Assembly (NCBI GenBank): GCA_963976765.1
Contig: CAXBME010000016.1
Location: forward strand, 124,001 to 188,000
Direction: 5' to 3'
DNA from: an uncultured Planctomycetaceae bacterium
GTDB taxonomy: Bacteria > Planctomycetota > Planctomycetia > Planctomycetales > Planctomycetaceae
DNA: 64,000 nucleotides
Of this stretch, positions 7,850 to 16,255 are shown one piece after another. The position numbers were made by a program, and so were the translations under genes. How positions within the stretch are numbered: the stretch's first letter is position 1; each line of letters begins with the position of its first letter. The notes under the pieces were generated by a model, which worked only from the letters and a program-made list of their open reading frames with translations, searched no databases and had not been told where the DNA came from.

Positions 7850-10720
7850 GTGAATACCACAACCCAAACTGAGACTGGAGATGAAATGGTTACCAATAAT
7901 CACTACGACGACGATGCGCTCATGAAACTGCTGCGCGATCGAATTGGGGCGAATGAGGATGGTGTGTTCACACACGTCGAATCCTGTGCGACATGCCAAT
8001 CACAGTTGGAGACTCTTTCCAAGGACGGTTTGACATGGGAAGAGGTTGCAGAATTGCTGACTCCCAGCGGTGTACCGCTCACGGGATTCACCGGACACGG
8101 CGCCGACGAAGACTCTGGAGTCTCGCCGACTTCCAACGCGAGCTTCCTTGAGGCGAGCGAGTACCCCGCGTCCCTTGGTCGGTTCGCTCGGTACGAGATT
8201 ATGGAAATCCTCGGACGCGGCGGCATGGGAATCGTGATGCGTGGATACGACACGTCTCTGAATCGACATTCGGCAGTGAAGGTACTCGCACCAGAACTCG
8301 CCGGTAATGCGGCGGCCCGGAAACGATTTTCGCGTGAAGCCAGAAGTGCAGCTGCTGTCGTGCATCCTCATGTGGTGCCGATCCAAACTGTCGATGAGCA
8401 CGCTGGGCTTCCGTATCTGGTGATGCCCGTGGTGGAAGGCAGGAGCGTTGATGCTCGCGTTCAGGACTCCGGTCCGTTGCAAGTGATCGAAGCTGTCCGC
8501 ATCGCTGCACAGATTGCAGACGGACTGGCCGCAGCCCACGAGCAAGGACTTGTTCATCGTGATATCAAACCGGCGAATGTTCTTTTGGAAAACGGAGTCG
8601 AACGTGTCCACATCACTGACTTTGGACTCGCACGCGCGATTGACGACGCCAGCATGACTCGTAGCGGCGTGATCACGGGAACGCCTCAGTATATGTCGCC
8701 CGAGCAAGCGCACGGTGATGCCATCGACCATCGCAGCGACCTGTTCAGTCTCGGCAGCTTGATCTACTTCATGCTCACCGGACGTTCGCCATTCCGCGCC
8801 GAAACCACGATGGGCGTGTTGAACCGAATCGGCAACGACCAGCCGCGTTCGGTTCGCAGCATCAACACAGACGTTCCGGAATGGTTGGAGCGGATCGTTG
8901 CGAAGCTGCTCGAAAAGCAACCCAGCAGCAGGTTCCAAACAGCCAGCGAGGTTGCAGAACTACTTGACCGGTGGCTCGCGCACTTGCAGCAGCCAGCGTT
9001 GATTCCTCCGCCTCAGCCGCTTTCGTCGCAGGCAAAGTTTGGCAAATCACCACGTAGGAAGTGGCTTGTCGTTGCGACCGGTGCTGGATTCATCGTTGTC
9101 GCCGCATTTCTTTTCATGATGCAACAGGATCGAAAACCGGGGCCATCAACGGCAGCAGCCCCTGCTTTCAAAGCGGCGGGTGGTGAGGAAACGAAGAAAG
9201 AAGCGAAGGACAAACAAGAAGATTCCGTCGCTGCCTTGACGGGTTTGCATTCGGGCCAGAAAGAGTTTTGGCGCGCAGCCTTGGGGACGATGACGATGCG
9301 GGCTCCGGTCGTGCATGACGACCACGTCTACGTCGGATCGAACAACGGTCATGGGTATCTCGAGCGTCTTCCGGCCAGCTTTGATCTCGGTGTGTTGCTG
9401 TGCTTCCGAAAATCTGATGGTAAGTTTCTTTGGCAACATTCCAACCACAAGCTTCCCACGGGACGCGTTCATGACTGGCCGCAACTGGGCATTACCAGTC
9501 GACCATGTGTTACGGGCGAGCGCCTGTTCTATGTGACCAATCGCGGCGAAATCGTGTGCCTCGATACGATGGGATTTCATGACAGTGAGAACGATGGAGT
9601 GCTTCAAGACGAAGTTCATACCGATCTCAACGAAGCGGATGTCGTCTGGCGATTCGACATGATGAAGGAACTGGGAGTTCAGCCACACAACGTCAGCACA
9701 TGCACGATTGCATATTCGCGAGGTCGCATATTCGCCGTCACCGGAAATGGCGTTGGCGCTTCGCACGTTCCGCCGCTGGCGGATGCTCCCAGCTTCATAG
9801 CTGTCGACAGCAGAACGGGCGAGTTGTTGTGGCAGGATACTTCACCCGGACAGAATGTGTTGCACGGACAATGGGGTTCGCCAACGGTCATCGAGGTCAA
9901 AGGTGAACCTCAGGTCATCTTTCCGGGTGGCGATGGGTGGCTTTACAGCTTCGACCCGGAAGGCGCCGAAAACGGCAAGAGCAAATTGAATTGGAAGTTC
10001 GACTGCAATTCCAAGGAATCAGTTTGGAAATTGGGGGCCGACGGTTCGCGAAATAACCTGCTTCATGGTCCCACCCTGCACGAAGGACGACTTTACGTCA
10101 CCATGGGCCAGGACCCTGAGCATGGTGGAGGACAAGGGAGATTGTGGTGTATTGATCCCACCGGAACTGGAGATGTGAGTCCACAGCTCGTCTACAATAA
10201 ACGCGATCCTGAAACGCCAATCGCTCATCGTCGCAAGCAGGCTTGTGTTGTCGCAGACGGAGATTTCACTCGACCGAATCCGAACTCCAAGGTGTTCTGG
10301 CAATTTGAACAACAGGATGTCAACGGCAATGGAAAAATCGAGATTGAGGAGACGATGTCGCGCAGCCTGAGCAAAATCGCGATCAAGGACGACTTGCTGT
10401 TCGTCTCTGATATCGAAGGAATCCTGCATTGCCTCGATCGTATTACAGGCAAACAACACTGGGGCTACGATACGTTTTCGAACGTTTATTCGACACCCGT
10501 AATCGTTGGCGACCACGTCTATCTTGGCACAGTCGATGGAGATGTTCTCGTCTTCGGATGTTCTGCGGATTTGAAAGCAGCCGCGCCTGATGGCAAACCG
10601 CACCAGCGCATTGATTGCGGTTCGAGCGTCTACGCATCAGTTGTCGCCGATGGTAGCGCCCTGTACTTCACAACGAAGAACGAACTAATCGCGGTGGAGA
10701 ACAAAGGCGAAGTCGAATAA
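7850..10720 (+). CDS. Membrane Ser/Thr protein kinase with N-terminal HxxxCxxC motif and C-terminal PQQ-like beta-propeller
   Basis: HVESCATC; LGRGGMGIV, AVKVL, HRDIKPAN, ITDFGLAR, GTPQYMSPE; TM segment WLVVATGAGFIVVAAFLFM; repeats GKFLWQ, GELLWQ, GKQHWG. Confidence 0.93.
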   Translation: MNTTTQTETGDEMVTNNHYDDDALMKLLRDRIGANEDGVFTHVESCATCQSQLETLSKDGLTWEEVAELLTPSGVPLTGFTGHGADEDSGVSPTSNASFLEASEYPASLGRFARYEIMEILGRGGMGIVMRGYDTSLNRHSAVKVLAPELAGNAAARKRFSREARSAAAVVHPHVVPIQTVDEHAGLPYLVMPVVEGRSVDARVQDSGPLQVIEAVRIAAQIADGLAAAHEQGLVHRDIKPANVLLENGVERVHITDFGLARAIDDASMTRSGVITGTPQYMSPEQAHGDAIDHRSDLFSLGSLIYFMLTGRSPFRAETTMGVLNRIGNDQPRSVRSINTDVPEWLERIVAKLLEKQPSSRFQTASEVAELLDRWLAHLQQPALIPPPQPLSSQAKFGKSPRRKWLVVATGAGFIVVAAFLFMMQQDRKPGPSTAAAPAFKAAGGEETKKEAKDKQEDSVAALTGLHSGQKEFWRAALGTMTMRAPVVHDDHVYVGSNNGHGYLERLPASFDLGVLLCFRKSDGKFLWQHSNHKLPTGRVHDWPQLGITSRPCVTGERLFYVTNRGEIVCLDTMGFHDSENDGVLQDEVHTDLNEADVVWRFDMMKELGVQPHNVSTCTIAYSRGRIFAVTGNGVGASHVPPLADAPSFIAVDSRTGELLWQDTSPGQNVLHGQWGSPTVIEVKGEPQVIFPGGDGWLYSFDPEGAENGKSKLNWKFDCNSKESVWKLGADGSRNNLLHGPTLHEGRLYVTMGQDPEHGGGQGRLWCIDPTGTGDVSPQLVYNKRDPETPIAHRRKQACVVADGDFTRPNPNSKVFWQFEQQDVNGNGKIEIEETMSRSLSKIAIKDDLLFVSDIEGILHCLDRITGKQHWGYDTFSNVYSTPVIVGDHVYLGTVDGDVLVFGCSADLKAAAPDGKPHQRIDCGSSVYASVVADGSALYFTTKNELIAVENKGEVE

Positions 10721-10770
10721 GCACGATCGCTTCAACTACTTTCCCATTCTCAACTAAAGGCGACAAACTC

Positions 10771-11313
10771 ATGTTCTCACCGAGCTCAACAAACGCATTG
10801 GCAATCATCATGGCCGTTCTGGTTGGCATCGCAATTACGCCGGAGTGCGATGCGGCGACCGACTGCGATGTCCAGATCATCAAGGTCCACAAAGTGGAGA
10901 TCGACGGCAACAAGATCACGATCACGGCTGAAGCAAGTATAAAGATGGTGGTGATCACTCCCGAAATTCCAGCCGACGGCAAGAGCGTTCGCTATACTGG
11001 ACGCCACTCGACATGGATTACGATCAAGGCCGACGAAGCAACGTTCGTCATTCATCGCCCGCACGGGCGAAACGATCTGTGGGAGAAAATGACGATGCAG
11101 GCAGCGATGGATCTCGAAGCAGGGAAACCAATTGGTCGCATCGGGTTCTACCGACCTGATATTAAAATCAGGAAAAACCAGATACACGAAATCGTTGGGC
11201 CAGCTTACATCTACCCCAAACGCGAAGCTGCCGAGCCAGTCTCAAATTCCGATGATGACGAGCAGCCGGTCGGCAAGGATATTAAGAGACAGGATCAATC
11301 AAAGGGCGAATAG
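10771..11313 (+). CDS. Hypothetical exported protein
   Basis: Hydrophobic N-terminus; co-oriented directly downstream of the kinase. Confidence 0.65.
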   Translation: MFSPSSTNALAIIMAVLVGIAITPECDAATDCDVQIIKVHKVEIDGNKITITAEASIKMVVITPEIPADGKSVRYTGRHSTWITIKADEATFVIHRPHGRNDLWEKMTMQAAMDLEAGKPIGRIGFYRPDIKIRKNQIHEIVGPAYIYPKREAAEPVSNSDDDEQPVGKDIKRQDQSKGE

Positions 11314-11340
11314 ATTCCTCCTCAGGTTCCAGGAACCGTT

Positions 11341-12645
11341 ATGAAGGCACAAGTCACAACGATGAAGCCGGCTCTCAGTGGTTGGTTTCAGTCCCTGTCC
11401 GGGGTTACACTGCTCGTCGTCTTCCTTAGTCATCTGACGACCGGTCTCGCCTGCGGGGCAGAGGACGCGGTTGATCCGTACGACGCGCTCTACGACGTGA
11501 TCATGACGCGTTACGGGAAGGACGGCAAAACGTATGCTGAGAATGAAAGTTCTCCGGCGCTCTTTTCCGCCTCAGAATTCCCGTTTGACGATAAAACGTA
11601 CAGGAAGTTCATCGCGGCGCTGGATACGTTCGGTGCGCTTCCCCAGACAGAAATTGAGGCGTACAGCGACGTGAAACGTGCTTTGCTGCAACGTCATCTT
11701 TGGAAGTTGTTCGATGCGACCTGTCCGCACCGTTGGATTGATTCGCGCACTGGCGAACAACGTGTCGCGAGCCTGAATCATTCTGATCGTCGCGCCGCAG
11801 TTCAACAAAAAAGTGCATCGCTTATACAGCGTCTTGCGCTCACAAAAGCACAAATCTTGGCCCTTCCCGGCACGTGGGCGGCTACCGTGAAATCAGGTGA
11901 TTTTGCACGGCGTCACGACCCCACAAATCAGTTTGCACCTTTCCTTCCAGCCAATCTGTTGGCCAAAGAAAGCTCGTGGGTTTGTATGGGAACCGATGAG
12001 GTGATTCCCGCGGATCTTCACGTGGACAAACTCAAATGGCGTTCGGCATTCTACTCATTCATACGTCTCCCGAAAGGTCGCACTGAGACTCTTGAGTATG
12101 TCGAGAAAGAGCTTTCCAAAGATAACTTTCCAGTAGGGACACAGCTCGCACTCGTCGAGCAGGCGTTTTTGATCAGCGATGAGGGCGAACGGATACTCAG
12201 TCCGCTGATTGTCAGCATAAGTTTGCGCACCTACATGTTTGTAAGGCGTAACGCACACGACGAAGTTCCGGAAACGACACAAAGCGTTGCCGAATTCGTT
12301 ATGCAACCCCGGGAGCTCATGCTGGGTAATGCAGTGATGAAGGCCATAGATCCGCAGGAGCACCGCTTTGATGCCAGTGAAGGTTTTATTGCCCAAGATA
12401 CAAGCGATCCATTTGAAACCGGGCACCTTCCGCGTCGCGCACGCCTTCACAGTTGCATGAGCTGTCATCGCAATTCAGGCAACGTGAAGGTACTAACACG
12501 AAACGGCGCTGGATCAGCTCAGTTCTTTGAGAGCAGTCCGACAGCAATCAGTAAGGCTACGTCCAATCAGAAACGAAACCACCATACATGGGAGAGACTG
12601 CACGAATTCTGGAAAAAGAACGTTGCTCGAGGAGATCCGCATTGA
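11341..12645 (+). CDS. Hypothetical exported protein with one CxxCH haem-c motif
   Basis: Signal-like N-terminus; CMSCH near the C-terminus. Confidence 0.75.
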   Translation: MKAQVTTMKPALSGWFQSLSGVTLLVVFLSHLTTGLACGAEDAVDPYDALYDVIMTRYGKDGKTYAENESSPALFSASEFPFDDKTYRKFIAALDTFGALPQTEIEAYSDVKRALLQRHLWKLFDATCPHRWIDSRTGEQRVASLNHSDRRAAVQQKSASLIQRLALTKAQILALPGTWAATVKSGDFARRHDPTNQFAPFLPANLLAKESSWVCMGTDEVIPADLHVDKLKWRSAFYSFIRLPKGRTETLEYVEKELSKDNFPVGTQLALVEQAFLISDEGERILSPLIVSISLRTYMFVRRNAHDEVPETTQSVAEFVMQPRELMLGNAVMKAIDPQEHRFDASEGFIAQDTSDPFETGHLPRRARLHSCMSCHRNSGNVKVLTRNGAGSAQFFESSPTAISKATSNQKRNHHTWERLHEFWKKNVARGDPH

Positions 12646-13137
12646 AAGCGAAGCCGACAACGTGCCGATCGTCATCAGGAAAGGCGGCCAGATCTACGAC
12701 AAGATGACTGTCGGTCGAGACGGCAAATCGATCCGAGTCTAAGGTCCATTTCAGCGTGGTTCTTTTCGCGGTTCAGGCCCAATTCAATTGCCGGACTCCA
12801 ATGCCGCAGCGACTTTCCCGGGCGCTCGCCGATTAGCACGCCTTCAGCAGGAGACGGCGTTCGTCACTTTGTTCCCCCTCCCGCCTGTGCTACTGATGAA
12901 GGGACGCAGAACTGGTCCACCAGTCAGAAAATCCCAGAATCTGATGGTTCTCGATTTCTCTCCATTTCCAGAGATTTGTGGGGAGAACTGAGTTGGCTGG
13001 GGCAATTGATACGAAACCGGTGTTGCCGAACGGTGCAAGGTTGAACGAGTCAGACTCGGTATTGGTCAGCGAGCGGTTTTCCCAGACCCCCATGACATAG
13101 CCTCGCGATTTCACCATCAAATGTTGCGACGCCCGCA

Positions 13138-13173
13138 GCAAAAAGTTCTACTGGTGTCCTCGATCCTCCACTT
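13138..13173 (+). mobile_element. att-like site 3
   Basis: GCAAAAAGTTCTACTGGTGTCCTCGATCCTCCACTT, one mismatch to 6711-6746. Confidence 0.8.
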
Positions 13174-13176
13174 TAT

Positions 13177-13201
13177 AAGCCACCTTCGGGTGGCTTTTTT
13201 T
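13177..13201 (+). terminator. Intrinsic terminator after att core 3
   Basis: AAGCCACC-TTCG-GGTGGCTT plus T-run (cUUCGg tetraloop). Confidence 0.9.
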
Positions 13202-13324
13202 ACGCCTATACCCAACTCAAGCCCTTATAAAATAACGGTTTCCATCGTTCCCGAACGAATGGGGGCTGAGGTAGAGTGTCGGAATCTGGTTGCGCTGAAG
13301 TCCTATCCGGATCGAAAGCCGACC

Positions 13325-13510
13325 ATGAAAAAAAATTACCAGGGAAAACTCCCGAAGCCAAACAAGAATGGCTACTACCGGCCCGAAATTGGCGGCGCGA
13401 GGTTTACGCCTGGAAACAAGTGAGACATCAGAGAAGGCTAAGCCGCGAGAAGGCTTGATATTCTCAGGACGTGCTTCGAGCGACAGTGCGACTACTACGG
13501 AGTCCATCGA
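13325..13510 (+). pseudogene. Decayed 5' end of a probable integrase
   Basis: MKKNYQGKLPKPNKNGYYRPEIGGARFTPGNK*DIREG*AARRLDILRTCFERQC, with two in-frame stops in one continuing frame, about 150 bp after an att core. The integrase identity is from recalled similarity only. Confidence 0.45.
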
Positions 13511-13597
13511 CAAAGGACTGGCCATCGTCATCCTCGTTGAATCTGATGCTCCCAGAGAACAACTCAACTCCCCCTGAAGGCCACCCCTGAATGTGCT

Positions 13598-14200
13598 CTA
13601 GAGTCGAGTCTTGACGAACTGCAGCATGGCCTGAGCGAAGAGACTGTCAGCGATCGGGTGGATTGTAATTTTCGGCCCGAGCGAGCGGTCGACGACCCAG
13701 TGGCCTCGATTCTCGGTGATCGCCCGAATGTCGCGTGTCGGCAGGAAGAACGCGCCGGTGACTCGGCTGAGAAAATCCGGCAGAAGATGCAGGTCGTCTT
13801 TGCCAAGTCGAATGGCTTCGTTTTCGACGAAATCTTTTTCCTGCAGCTCGCGACGTTTCAAGAACGGAGACACGAACATCAATGGCGACCACAGCACCGA
13901 CGCCACGGTCCACCATGGCGAGGCCGCCGACTGTTCGACAAGTCGCCGTTTCGTGACCGACCGATACGGCAGAAAGAAAAGTCCGTTTTCGGTCTCGTAG
14001 AAAACTCCGTCGGACGGAAGCTTTCGACGGGCAATTCGGACATGCCCCATTCTACCCTGGACGTGCCCGACCACATTACGAAATCGACCGTCCAGATCTT
14101 CCGGGTTGATCGTCTCAGGCAGTGCGTCCTGACAATCCGGGCAGCGGTCATCGCGAGTGAAGACCCACTGGCAGCACTCCTGACACAATCGGTTCGACAT
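13598..14200 (-). CDS. Hypothetical protein with N-terminal zinc ribbon and one TM segment
   Basis: CQEC-x10-CPDC; WWTVASVLWSPLMFVSPFL. Confidence 0.75.
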   Translation of the reverse strand: MSNRLCQECCQWVFTRDDRCPDCQDALPETINPEDLDGRFRNVVGHVQGRMGHVRIARRKLPSDGVFYETENGLFFLPYRSVTKRRLVEQSAASPWWTVASVLWSPLMFVSPFLKRRELQEKDFVENEAIRLGKDDLHLLPDFLSRVTGAFFLPTRDIRAITENRGHWVVDRSLGPKITIHPIADSLFAQAMLQFVKTRL

Positions 14201-14333
14201 GGTGGTTGAAACACTGAATGCGGAAACTGTTTATTCACGACGGGCGTTCGCTGCTGTAACCTGCGAATTCGACCAAAGTGTATCGGCATGAGAAACACAG
14301 ACTCAACAACGGCGAGCAGGAGCTGACAGCAGC

Positions 14334-14513
14334 ATGGCACTGAATAAGAAGCACAAGAAACAACTGGAAGTCATTCGGAAAAAACTGCCGCAGCTCAAAC
14401 AGCAGCTTGCCGGCGAAAAAGAACAGATGGACGACCCGGCAGCCATTCAGCGAATCGAAGCCGAAATCGCCAGACTGGAAGAACAGCGAAAGACCATTGA
14501 AGCTGAGAAATAA
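14334..14513 (+). CDS. Small coiled-coil protein (59 aa, below the ORF-track cutoff)
   Basis: AGGAG RBS at 14318-14322; MALNKKHKKQLEVIRKKLPQLKQQLAGEKEQMDDPAAIQRIEAEIARLEEQRKTIEAEK*. Confidence 0.75.
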   Translation: MALNKKHKKQLEVIRKKLPQLKQQLAGEKEQMDDPAAIQRIEAEIARLEEQRKTIEAEK

Positions 14514-14525
14514 TTCGGCAGCCGG

Positions 14526-14912
14526 TCAGATCATGGGCTCGCGGCGTTTGACCAGTTGCAGCGTGATGCCCCAGGGATCCCGGATAAATGCCATGATGTC
14601 TCCGCCGGGGAGATCGGTGATGCTCCCTTCAAGCTTCGCGCCGGCGGCTGACAGGCGATCAATGTCGGCCTGAATATTTTCCGACACAAATGCCAGGTGC
14701 AGCGTTCCCGGGGGCATGTTTCGAAAATCCGATACAGGCACATTGGGATTTCCGTAGATCTCGATCATCGTCGATCCCGAAGAGTCGACGATAAAGTGAG
14801 CCCACGGCGCTTCCATGACTCGGCGTTTGACTACAAATCCCAGATGCTCGACGTACCAGCGAGCCATTTCAAGTGGGTCTTCGACGTTAAAAGCGACATG
14901 CTCGACTCGCAT
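14526..14912 (-). CDS. VOC/glyoxalase family protein
   Basis: VEHVAFNVED, WYVEHLGF, LHLAF, FIRDPWGITLQL. Confidence 0.9.
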   Translation of the reverse strand: MRVEHVAFNVEDPLEMARWYVEHLGFVVKRRVMEAPWAHFIVDSSGSTMIEIYGNPNVPVSDFRNMPPGTLHLAFVSENIQADIDRLSAAGAKLEGSITDLPGGDIMAFIRDPWGITLQLVKRREPMI

Positions 14913-15098
14913 GATGAATTCTCCGGCAGTTCTGATGAAGGTCTGATCGCAACCTGATGCACCGTTAGTGCGTGCTTTCTACCGACTGTCCGCGTTCAGG
15001 TCATCTGTCCGCAAACTTGCAGCCGCACCGTATCGCCGCGACAGTCTGTGCCAGCACGAATCTTGCAGTCTTCAGCCCTTCGATAAAGACACCGGACG

Positions 15099-16208
15099 AT
15101 GGCGAAAGCAAAGCAGTCGACGAAGAAATCCGTTTCAAAACCGGCCGCAACGAAACGCGGTTCGGCCGAGACGAAGAAGTCGCGAAAGAAGGAACACGCC
15201 TCAAAGATCAAAGCCGACGACCAGCATCCGGCGAGTGCCTCGAAAGCCAGCCACGCATCCGGCAGAAAAACCAGACGTAACGTCACGAAGCGGAAGGCGG
15301 CAACGAGAAAGAATCTGCTCGACGAGCCGGAAGCGACCAAGCCCAACGTAGCCAACGACGCAACGGCTCTCGACACTGGCGCAAGACCAAAGCGGAAGGC
15401 CGTCGCTCATTGTAACGAGCTGGATGGTAAACGCTGGATTCAGAATTCGATCAGCGTCTGGAGTGACATCCGCAAGACCACTGAGGAGAACCGGCTGAAG
15501 CACCCGGCGATGTTTCCGGGCATGCTTGTTGAACGGCTTGTCGAAACGTTTCTTCGACCGGAAGGCGAGACGATTCTCGACCCGTTCAGCGGCTCAGGCA
15601 GCACGATCGTCGAGGTCGAGCGGCTGGGAAAAACGGGGATTGGCATCGAGCTGTCGCCCGAGTTTGCAAAGATGGGGCGGAAGCGGCTCGCCGAGATTTC
15701 GTCCGATCTTTTTGCGAAGGATCACAAGCCTCGCTCCGTGATTCACGAAGCGTCCGTTGCCGAAATCACAAAGCTGATCGAGCCGGAATCGGTCGACCTG
15801 TGCATCACCTCACCGCCTTACTGGGACATTCTCAACCAGCGTCGCACGGCTGATTACAAAGACGTTCGACACTACGGAAACCTCGACGGCGACCTCGGCA
15901 CAATCGCCGACTACGAAGAATTTCTGGACTCGTTGAAAACCGTTTTCGCCGACGTCCTGACGGTGCTGAAGCCGGGAGCGTATTGCTGCGTTGTGCTGAT
16001 GGACCTGCGGAAAAAGAACCGTTTCTTTCCACTTCACAGCGACTTTGCTGCCCGTATGACCGAAGTCGGATTTATCTTCGACGACCTGATCATCTGGAAC
16101 CGACAATCAGAGTACAACAACCTGCGACCGCTCGGCTACCCGGCAGTTTTCCGAGTGAACAAGGTTCACGAATTCGTCGTGCTACTGCAGAAGCCTCGCG
16201 CCAGATAA
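15099..16208 (+). CDS. Orphan site-specific amino-methyltransferase (N4-cytosine/N6-adenine)
   Basis: HPAMFP, ILDPFSGSGST (motif I), ITSPPYWD (motif IV), VLKPGAY. Confidence 0.9.
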   Translation: MAKAKQSTKKSVSKPAATKRGSAETKKSRKKEHASKIKADDQHPASASKASHASGRKTRRNVTKRKAATRKNLLDEPEATKPNVANDATALDTGARPKRKAVAHCNELDGKRWIQNSISVWSDIRKTTEENRLKHPAMFPGMLVERLVETFLRPEGETILDPFSGSGSTIVEVERLGKTGIGIELSPEFAKMGRKRLAEISSDLFAKDHKPRSVIHEASVAEITKLIEPESVDLCITSPPYWDILNQRRTADYKDVRHYGNLDGDLGTIADYEEFLDSLKTVFADVLTVLKPGAYCCVVLMDLRKKNRFFPLHSDFAARMTEVGFIFDDLIIWNRQSEYNNLRPLGYPAVFRVNKVHEFVVLLQKPRAR

Positions 16209-16255
16209 ATAAGACTGTGCCGGCAAACTCCGGTCGCCAGCGACCGCCACGACCA

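Noticed and set aside
14255..14283. Second TGTAAC...TGTAT ECF promoter
   Set aside because: The spacer is 18 bp versus 16 bp at 7181; not enough to call.
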